NCBI GenBank assembly: GCA_964016885.1
Contig: CAXHJY010000132.1
Span: 1 to 64,000 of the forward strand
Length of the DNA stretch: 64,000 nt
DNA from: Eledone cirrhosa
Taxonomy: Eukaryota
Reading direction: 5' to 3'
Shown here: in pieces, positions 25,496-35,600 of the stretch
Position numbering within the stretch: the first letter of the stretch is position 1
How the letters are laid out: every line of letters begins with the position of its first letter
Program-made: the position numbers and the translations under genes
Notes under the pieces: model-generated
The model's database searches: none
What the model was told of the DNA's origin: nothing
What the model saw: only the letters and a program-made list of their open reading frames with translations

Positions 25496-25710
25496 GATTT
25501 TTCAAAGAAATGTGGTTTTTTTTATATTTATAAAAGGTTAAATATTGGACTCAAGGCCCCAATTGTTTTGAGAGTCCATTTCGGAAAACAATGTATGTGC
25601 ACTTATGTACAATTAACAATACAAATTTTCCATAAATGGCAATTTTAAACAACTGAAATTAACAAACCTTTGCCGAGCTCACGATAATACGATTTACTAC
25701 GTAGGTCGCC

Positions 25711-25740
<30 letters not shown>
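25711..25740. repeat. (AAT)10 microsatellite
   Basis: Perfect repeat. Confidence 0.95.
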
Positions 25741-25744
<4 letters not shown>

Positions 25745-26449
25745 GGGAAGAAAACGCACATGGTGGGTATATATCATTATGGAATCGCTCCCGTAAGTTT
25801 TTGATTTTTACTTATTTAAAACAACTGTGATAGAATAATTCTTATTACAAATGACGTATAAGATTACAGTTTTGACTCTCAGCAAGCGACAACGCATCAC
25901 GTTACGGCATAGGGCCCCAATATTTAATATTTAATTTTGGATCAGAAATGTTATAGTCGAAAAGGAGAAAAATGGCTAAGTGAACAGGTAATAATTTCAC
26001 CACCAACACCACTACCACGCCAAAACCTCTAGTCAAGTTACCTCAACTTCTATTTCTACTTCAACTTCAACACCATCACTACAGTACTACGATCACATCA
26101 CCACCACCACTATCTCATTATCGATACAGCCGCTATTCTCTCCCACTACCTCCTGCTAAGACAGGCATCGTAGTATTCCCACTAAAAGAGGAAGGCATCA
26201 AAAGATATAAATAGACTGATTTGATGACCCGGTCAAAACATTAAAAAACCAAAAATCAAAATCAAAACAGCACAGCAGCAACGAAAAAGGTAAAGAAAAG
26301 AAAAAAGAAAAGAAAAACAAACAGACAGACAGACAATAAAAAAAAACTAAGTCAGACATTCAAACAATACATTACAATGAAACTTATGCTTATTCTTTTT
26401 TGGGGAATTTTTACCTATTTGTTTGTTTGTTTATTTATGTTCGTCTACA

Positions 26450-29405
26450 GCGTGATAGTGCCACACTAAAATCACCGGTGGTGATGAAATCACCGGTGGT
26501 TATGTAACCATACATTCACCAATCCTCGATAAGAGTGTTTAAATGTCGAACATAAACAGTTCGAATAACGGTGAAGTGGAGACTGGAATGACATGTGACA
26601 GACTCTCACCCAGCAGGTGCTCCCTGGCTAAGCAGCAAGGACCTGGCTGTCAACCAAATACTGTTGGTGTCGGAGGAAGATAAAGACAGAAAGCGACAAG
26701 AACCAACTGGACGAAATAATTGAATAGAACTGTTATGCAATGTTACCTGAAGCGTAACCCCAAGGAAAAAGGCTATAGGAAACGGATGCATAACATCTAG
26801 AACGAGATTGGTCTATTTAAATTAGATGAACAAAAATTGGCCCGGCAGGCTCGGGTAATAGGAAGTAATGTGTGGATAAGCGAGCTGGAACTGGAGGAAC
26901 TGAGCAGAGGGATTAGGTTGGAAATAGAGATTGGAGTATGCCAGGCAAACGAGCCAGTGGGAAATGAAGGTGAAGAGGTTGAGAGAACGAAGGAACCATC
27001 CAAACCAGACAATGATCTGAATGCTGAAATAAAAAATACCTGGAACAAAGATACGGCTATTAAGGAGATGAATGCTGACGGGCTAGGACAAGATTTGGTT
27101 GATATCCTAAACTTAGGGGTAGATGAAATGAACAATGATAGTGGGAAACCTATGGACCTAAGATTTGTAGACAGGAAAACGTTAAAAGAAACAACAGCTA
27201 AGGTAAACAATGTCATCCCATACCTTGAGGCGAGGAGCCTTCACCAGTGCAACAATATCCTCAAAGCAACAGCAAATGCGGTGAGGAAATGACTTGGCAT
27301 AAAAGCGAGAGGAAACAAAAAACAGGAAAGATCAGAACCTTGGTGGAAGAAACGACTGAATGGTCAAATCAAGGAAATGAGAAAAGACATTGGAAAGCTT
27401 GTGTCCCTACTGAATGGGACACTATAAAATATAGACACTAAAAATAGACTGGAAATAAAGTACAAAATTAGGAGGAAAAAGCTAAATATTATCATAGAGG
27501 AACTGAAGCAATGCATTGTAGCAAAGAGTGCAAAGATTAGGCGGTATGAGAGCAGAGTCAGTCAGTATAGACAGAACCGCATGTTTGATAACAACCAGAA
27601 GATGTTGTTTGGACAGCTTGAAGGGAAAGAAAGAGGCAACGACTTGATCCCTGAAGCGGAACAGAATGAGACATTCTGGAGAGGAATATGGGAGAAGGAT
27701 GTTGGACATAATGATCAGGCAGTGTGGATTGAGACAGTATAAAAGGAGATTAATGAACAAGCACACCAACAAACTGATTTAAGTATCACAGTTGAAATTC
27801 TTAAAGGGCAGGCCAGAAAACTAACCAACTGGAAATCACCAGGCCCAGATGGTGTGCAGGGGTATTGGATTAAAAATATAACATCCTTCCACCCGAAACT
27901 GACAACCATGTTCAATGACTGCTTAATGTCAGCTGAGGTAGCAGAGTGGTTGACAAAAGGTACCACAGTTCTGGTAGTGAAAGACCGAATCAAGGGTAAT
28001 GATGTTACCAACTATAGACCTATCACATGTCTGTTCGTAATGTGGAAACTGTTAACAAGCATTATGTCTGAGGAAATCTACCATCACCTCCACATAAACA
28101 ACTTGTTACAGGACGAACAGAAAGGATGCCGAAAGAAGTCCCGCGATACAAAAGACCAGTTACTTATTGATAAGATGGTAATAAGGAATTGCAAGAGGAG
28201 ACACACTGATCTTGCCATGGGATGGATAGATTACAATAACCAAAAGCCTAGAGATCTTCAAGGTGGCAGATAACATCAGACAGTTGTTGAGCAAACGTAT
28301 GAAGTCCTGGGAAACAGAGTTAACGGGTGCAGAATCATTGGGAGGCGTGAACATCAAGAGAGGTATCTTCCAGGGAGATAGTTTGTCCTCTCTGTTGTTT
28401 GTCTTGCCCTCATACCCCTGATCATTATACTACGAAAAGGAAGAGCAGGATACAAGTTGGGAAAAGGAGAGCTTACCATCAACTACCTCCTCTTCATGGA
28501 CGATCTTAAACTCTTTGGGAAGAGTGAGAAGGAGTTGGGTGTGCTTGTTGACACTGTCTGTATTTTCAGAAATGATATATGTATGCAATTTGGTATTAAT
28601 AAGGGTGGAGTCCTAGTGATGAAGAGAAGTAAATTGAGTGAAGCAACGGAATCCAGGTACCAACAGGTGAGATGATAAAGGAAATTGACACTGAAGAAGG
28701 ATACACATATTTAGGTGTTCTGGAGGCAGATGACATCAAGAACAAAGCAATGAAGGAATTGATAAGATCTGAGTACATTAGGAGAGTAAGGAGCGTATTA
28801 AAATCAAATCTAAATAGTAGGAATGTCATAACTGCGGTAAATTCCCGAGCTGTGTCTATTATTAGGTACAGTGCGGGAATTCTGAAATGGAATGTTGCTG
28901 AACAAAAAGAAATGGATAGGAAGACTAGGAAGCTATTGACTATCTACAACATGTTCCACAAGAGGAGTGATGTCGATAGACTCTACTTAAGGAGATATGA
29001 AGGTGGAAGTGGTCTTATCAGCATAGAGGACTGTGTTCAGATGGAGAAAACAACCTGTACAAATACGTGACTGACAGTAGGGAGCCAATGCTCAGAATTG
29101 TACTGATGGAGAGGACAATAAATAGACCAGGAGATGTCCAAGGAGGAAATAACAACAAGGAGAAAGAGCAACCTTCATGAAAAATCCCTTCGTAGTACCT
29201 TCTTTGAGAAAACTGAATTTAGAGATCCACAGACATGGAACCCCGTTTTTTGGAACACTTCAAAAGGCATGCTTGCTGGGAACAGCAAGAGCCCTCCGAT
29301 ACGTCCTGAATATCTGAGGCTGCAGGTAGCGGCTTGATATTCATTTCAACAAACTTTCCAGTTAAATAACATCAACGACTGAGACTCAAAGAATAATAAT
29401 AATAA
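26450..29405 (+). mobile_element. R4/Dong-clade non-LTR retrotransposon, decayed, endonuclease region deleted, (AAT)n tail
   Basis: N-terminal KGYRKRMH...EQKLARQARVI, PWWKKRL; RT motifs NWKSPGPDGVQGYWIK, NYRPITCL, EQKGC, KDQLLIDK, RGIFQGDSLS, LLFMDDLKL, YTYLGV, RLYLRRYEGGSGL; terminal LQKACLLGTARALRYVL; short 3' UTR and (AAT)n. The 5' boundary is uncertain. Confidence 0.9.
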
Positions 29406-29425
29406 TTATTATTATTATTATTATT
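29392..29425. repeat. (AAT)n immediately followed by (ATT)n, forming a palindrome
   Basis: aataataataataattattattattattattatt. Confidence 0.9.
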
Positions 29426-29564
29426 TGTGTGGAAGTATACACGTTGCAGGAAATTTTGCTCCCTGAAGTTTGTGATTGTTGAACAATTATTATTGTGAAC
29501 TCATTGTAAAAATGTATACTGTTTTGAGTTTAAACACACCCCACTTGTCTTGAGGTAGACGAAA

Positions 29565-29634
29565 TTTGTCGGTATTTAGCCCTTCGGGGCTAAATTCGAA
29601 TTTGAACTTTGCATTTGGCAAATATGCCGACAAA
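29565..29634 (+). other. compact multi-branch fold-back with cUUCGg tetraloop
   Basis: Outer stem TTTGTCGGTA/TGCCGACAAA (10 bp, one G-T); inner TTTAGCCC-TTCG-GGGCTAAA (8 bp); TTCG-AATT-TGAA; TTTGC-ATTTG-GCAAA; followed by an A-tract. Confidence 0.7.
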
Positions 29635-29659
29635 AAAAAGAAAAAATGGCATCAATTAA

Positions 29660-32600
29660 AAAATCTGTTTCTTTACCTTGTCTTCCCCAAAAACTTCGTT
29701 CTTCACCAAGCTATCTTTCTCTACCTTGGCTTCCCTTAAAACTTCGTTCTTCACCAAGCTATCTTTCTCTACCTTGTCTTCCCTCAAAACTTCGTTCTTC
29801 ACCAAGCTATCTTTCTCTACCTTGTCTTCCCTCAAAACTTCGTTCTTCACCAAGCTTTCTTTCTCTACCTTGTCTTCCCTCAAAACTTCGTTCTTCACCA
29901 AGCTAACTTTCTCTACCTTGTCTTCCCTCAAAACATCGTTCTTCATCAAGCTATCTTTCTCTACCTTGTCTTCCCTCAAAACTTCGTTCTTCACCAAGCT
30001 ATCTTTCTCTACCTTGTCTTCCCTCAAAACTTCGTTCTTCACCAAGCTATCTTTCTCTACCTTGTCTTCCCTCAAAACTTCGTTCTTCACCAAGCTATCT
30101 TTCTCTACCTTTTTTTCCCCCAAAACTTCGTTCTTCACCAAACTATCTTTCTCTACCTTGTCTTCCCTCAAAACTTCGTTCTTCACCAAGCTATCGTTTT
30201 CTACCTTGTCTTCCCTCAAAACTCCGTTCTTCATCAAGCTATCGTTCTCTACTTTGTCTTCCCTCAAAACGTCGTTCTTCACCAAGCTATCTTTCCCTAC
30301 CTTGTCTTCCCTCAACACTTCGTTCGTTCTTCACCAAGCTATCTTTCTCTACCTTGTCTTCCCCCAAAACTACGTTCTTCACAAGCTATCTTTCTCTACC
30401 TTGTCTTCCCTCAAAACTTCGTTCTTCACCAAGCTATCTTTCTCTACCTTGTCTTCCCTCAAAATTTCGTTCTTCACCAAGCTATCTTTCTCTACCTTGT
30501 CTTCCCTCAAAACTTCGTTCTTCACCAAGCTATCTTTCTCTACCTTGTCTTCCCTCAAAACTTCGTTCTTCACCAAGCTAACTTTCTCTACCTTGTCTTC
30601 CCTCAAAACTTCGTTCTTCATCAAGCTATCTTTCTCTACCTTGTCTTCCCTCAAAACTTCGTTCTTCACCAAGCTATCTTTCTCTACCTTGTCTTCCCTC
30701 AAAACTTCGTTCTTCACCAAGCTATCTTTCTCTACCTTGTCTTCCCTCAAATCTTCGTTCTTCACCAAGCTAACTTTCTCTACCTTGTCTTCGCTCAAAA
30801 CTTCGTTCTTCATCAAGCTATCTTTCTCTACCTTGTCTTCCCTCAAAACTTCGTTCTTCACCAAGCTATATTTCTCTACCTTTTTTTCCCCCAAAACTTC
30901 GTTCTTCACCAAACTATCTTTCTCTACCTTGTCTTCCCTCAAAACTTCGTTCTTCACCAAGCTATCTTTCTCTACCTTGTCTTCCCTCAAAACTCCGTTC
31001 TTCATCAAGCTATCGTTCTCTACTTTGTCTTCCCTCAAAACGTCGTTCTTCACCAAGCTATCTTTCTCTACCTTGTCTTCCCTCAAAACGTCGTTCGTTC
31101 TTCTCCAAGCTATCTTTCTTTACCTTGTCTTCCCCCAAAACTTCGTTCTTCACAAGCTATCCTTCTCTACCTTGTCTTCCCTCAAAACTTCGTTCTTGAT
31201 CAAGCTATCTTTCTCTACCTTGTCTTCCCTCAAAACTTCGTTCTTCATCAAGCTATCTTTCTCTACCTTGTCTTCCCTCAAAACTTCGTTCTTCACCAAG
31301 ATATCTTTCTCTACCTTGTCTTCCCTCAAAACTTCGTTCTTCACCAAGCTATCTTACTCTACCTTGTCTTCCCTCAAAACTACGTTCTTCACCAAGCTAA
31401 CTTTCTCTACCTTGTCTTTCCTCAAAACTTCGTTCTTCATCAAGCTATCTTTCTCTACCTTGTCTTCCCTCAAAACTTCGTTCTTCACCAAGCTATCTTT
31501 CTCTACCTTGTCTTCCCTCAAAACTTCGTTCTTCACCAAGCTATCTTTCTCTACCTTTTTTCCCCCCAAAACTTCGTTCTTCACCAAACTATCTTTCTCT
31601 ACCTTGTCTTCCCTCAAAACTTCGTTCTTCACCAAGCTATCTTTCTCTACCTTGTCTTCCCTCAAAACTCCGTTCTTCATCAAGCTATCGTTCTCTACTT
31701 TGTCTTCCCTCAAAACGTCGTTCTTCACCTAGCTATCTTTCTCTACCTTGTCTTCCCTCAAAACGTCGTTCGTTCTTCACCAAGCTATCTTTCTCTACCT
31801 TGTCTTCCCCCAAAACTTCGTTCTTCACAAGCTATCCTTCTCTACCTTGTCTTCCCTCAAAACTTCGTTCTTGATCAAGCTATCTTTCTCTACCGTGTCT
31901 TCCCTCAAAACTTTGTTCTTCACCAAGCTATCTTTCTCTACCTTGTCTTCCCTCAAAATTTCGTTCTTCACCAAGCTATCTTTCTCTTCCTTGTCTTCCC
32001 TCAAAACTTCGTTCTTCACCAAGCTATCTTTCTCTACCTTGTCTTCCCCCAAAACATCGTTCTTCACCAAGCTATCTTTCTTCACCTTGTCTTCCCTCAA
32101 AACTTCGTTATTCACCAAGCTATCTTTCTCTACCTTGTCTTCCCTCAACACTTCGTTCGTTCTTCACCAAGCTATCTCTCTCTACCTTGTCTTCCGCCAA
32201 AACTACGTTCTTCACAAGCTATCTTTCTCTACATTGTCTTCCCTCAAAACTTCGTTCTTCACCAAGCTATCTTTCTCTACCTTGTCTTCCCTCAAAATTT
32301 CGTTCTTCACCAAGCTATCTTTCTCTACCTTGTCTTCCCTCAAAACTTCGTTCTTCACCAAGCTATCTTTCTCTACCTTGTCTTCCCTCAAAACTTCGTT
32401 CTTCACCAAGCTAACTTTCTCTACCTTGTCTTCCCTCAAAACTTCGTTCTTCATCAAGCTATCTTTCTCTACCTTGTCTTCCCTCAAAACTTCGTTCTTC
32501 ACCAAGCTATCTTTCTCTACCTTGTCTTCCCTCAAAACTTCGTTCTTCACCAAGCTATCTTTCTCTACCTTGTCTTCCCTCAAAACTTCGTTCTTCACCA

Positions 32601-35600
32601 AGCTATCTTTCTCTACCTTGTCTTCCCTCAAAACTTCGTTCTTCACCAAGCTATCTTTCTCTACCTTTTTTCCCCCCAAAACTTCGTTCTTCACCAAACT
32701 ATCTTTCTCTACCTTGTCTTCCCTCAAAACTTCGTTCTTCACCAAGCTATCTTTCTCTACCTTGTCTTCCCTCAAAACTCCGTTCTTCATCAAGCTATCG
32801 TTCTCTACTTTGTCTTCCCTCAAAACGTCGTTCTTCACCTAGCTATCTTTCTCTACCTTGTCTTCCCTCAAAACGTCGTTCGTTCTTCACCAAGCTATCT
32901 TTCTCTACCTTGTCTTCCCCCAAAACTTCGTTCTTCACAAGCTATCCTTCTCGACCTTGTCTTCCCTCAAAACTTCGTTCTTGATCAAGCTATCTTTCTC
33001 TACCGTGTCTTCCCTCAAAACTTTGTTCTTCACCAAGCTATCTTTCTCTACCTTGTCTTCCCTCAAAACTTCGTTCTTCACCAAGCTATCTTTCTCTACC
33101 TTGTCTTCCCTCAAAACTTCGTTCTTCACCAAGCTATCTTTCTCTAGCTTGTCTTCCCCCAAAACATCGTTCTTCACCAAGCTATCTTTCTTCACCTTGT
33201 CTTCCCTCAAAACTTCGTTATTCACCAAGCTATCTTTCTCTACCTTGTCTTCCCTCAAAACGTCGTTCTTCACCAAGCTATCTTTCTCTACCTTGTCTTC
33301 CCTCAACACTTCGTTCGTTCTTCACCAAGCTATCTTTCTCTACCTTGTCTTCCCCCAAAACTACGTTCTTCACAAGCTATCTTTCTCTACCTTGTCTTCC
33401 CTCAAAACTTCGTTCTTCACCAAGCTATCTTTCTCTACCTTGTCTTCCCTCAAAATGTCGTTCTTCACCAAGCTATCTTTCTCTACCTTGTCTTCCCTCA
33501 TAACTTCGTTCTTCACCAAGCTATCTTTCTCTACCTTGTCTTCCCTCAAAACTTCGTTCTTCACCAAGCTAACTTTCTCTACCTTGTCTTCCCTCAAAAC
33601 TTCGTTCTTCATCAAGCTATCTTTCTCTACCTTGTCTTCCCTCAAAACTTCGTTCTTCACCAAGCTATCTTTCTCTACCTTGTCTTCCCTCAAAACTTCG
33701 TTCTTCACCAAGCTATCTTTCTCTACCTTGTCTTCCCTCAAAACTTCGTTCTTCACCAAGCTAACTTTCTCTACCTTGTCTTCCCTCAAAACTTCGTTCT
33801 TCATCAAGCTATCTTTCTCTACCTTGTCTTCCCTCAAAACTTCGTTCTTCACCAAGCTATATTTCTCTACCTTTTTTTCCCCCAAAACTTCGTTCTTCAC
33901 AAAACTATCTTTCTCTACCTTGTCTTCCCTCAAAACTTCGTTCTTCACCAAGCTATCTTTCTCTACCTTGTCTTCCCTCAAAACTCCGTTCTTCATCAAG
34001 CTATCGTTCTCTACTTTGTCTTCCCTCAAAACGTCGTTCTTCACCTAGCTATCTTTCTCTACCTTGTCTTCCCTCAAAACGTCGTTCGTTCTTCACCAAG
34101 CTATCTTTCTTTACCTTGTCTTCCCCCAAACCTTCGTTCTTCACAAGTTATCCTTCTCTACCTTGTCTTCCCTCAAAATTTCGTTCTTGATCAAGCTATC
34201 TTTCTCTCCCTTGTCTTCCCTCAAAACTTCGTTCTTCACCAAGCTAACTTTCTCTACCTTGTCTTCCCTCAAAACTTCGTTCTTCACCAAGCTATCTTTC
34301 TCTACCTTGTCTTCCCTCAAAATTTCGTTCTTCACCAAGCTATCTTTCTCTACCTTGTCTTCCCTCAAAACTTCGTTCTTCACCAAGCTATCTTTCTCTA
34401 CCTTGTCTTCCCTCAAAACTTCGTTCTTCACCAAGCTAACTTTCTCTACCTTGTCTTCCCTCAAAACTTCGTTCTTCATCAAGCTATCTTTCTCTACCTT
34501 GTCTTCCCTCAAAACTTCGTTCTTCACCAAGCTATCTTTCTCTACCTTGTCTTCCCTCAAAACTTCGTTCTTCACCAAGCTATCTTTCTCTACCTTGTCT
34601 TCCCTCAAATCTTCGTTCTTCACCAAGCTAACTTTCTCTACCTTGTCTTCGCTCAAAACTTCGTTCTTCATCAAGCTATCTTTCTCTACCTTGTCTTCCC
34701 TCAAAACTTCGTTCTTCACCAAGCTATATTTCTCTACCTTTTTTTCCCCCAAAACTTCGTTCTTCACCAAACTATCTTTCTCTACCTTGTCTTCCCTCAA
34801 AACTTCGTTCTTCACCAAGCTATCTTTCTCTACCTTGTCTTCCCTCAAAACTCCGTTCTTCATCAAGCTATCGTTCTCTACTTTGTCTTCCCTCAAAACG
34901 TCGTTCTTCACCAAGCTATCTTTCTCTACCTTGTCTTCCCTCAAAACGTCGTTCGTTCTTCTCCAAGCTATCTTTCTTTACCTTGTCTTCCCCCAAAACT
35001 TCGTTCTTCACAAGCTATCCTTCTCTACCTTGTCTTCCCTCAAAACTTCGTTCTTGATCAAGCTATCTTTCTCTACCTTGTCTTCCCTCAAAACTTCGTT
35101 CTTCATCAAGCTATCTTTCTCTACCTTGTCTTCCCTCAAAACTTCGTTCTTCACCAAGATATCTTTCTCTACCTTGTCTTCCCTCAAAACTTCGTTCTTC
35201 ACCAAGCTATCTTACTCTACCTTGTCTTCCCTCAAAACTACGTTCTTCACCAAGCTAACTTTCTCTACCTTGTCTTTCCTCAAAACTTCGTTCTTCATCA
35301 AGCTATCTTTCTCTACCTTGTCTTCCCTCAAAACTTCGTTCTTCACCAAGCTATCTTTCTCTACCTTGTCTTCCCTCAAAACTTCGTTCTTCACCAAGCT
35401 ATCTTTCTCTACCTTTTTTCCCCCCAAAACTTCGTTCTTCACCAAACTATCTTTCTCTACCTTGTCTTCCCTCAAAACTTCGTTCTTCACCAAGCTATCT
35501 TTCTCTACCTTGTCTTCCCTCAAAACTCCGTTCTTCATCAAGCTATCGTTCTCTACTTTGTCTTCCCTCAAAACGTCGTTCTTCACCTAGCTATCTTTCT

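Larger units (their letters stand above)
22007..25710 (-). mobile_element. L1/Tx1-clade LINE with 5' UTR, ORF1 and 5' part of ORF2; 3'-truncated
   Basis: ORF1 then ORF2 on the minus strand (see sub-features). Begins next to (AAT)n at 25711 and ends abruptly in early RT at the satellite. Confidence 0.92.

Noticed and set aside
8335-25710. One element split or inverted by the array (twin priming), or a large TIR transposon
   Set aside because: The overlapping parts of the two LINEs are clearly diverged and duplicated rather than complementary at a breakpoint, so they are independent insertions.
29694-29710. CENP-B box in the 48-mer (CTTCGTT...)
   Set aside because: Only TTCG and one C of the nine essential positions match; the A and GGG are absent.
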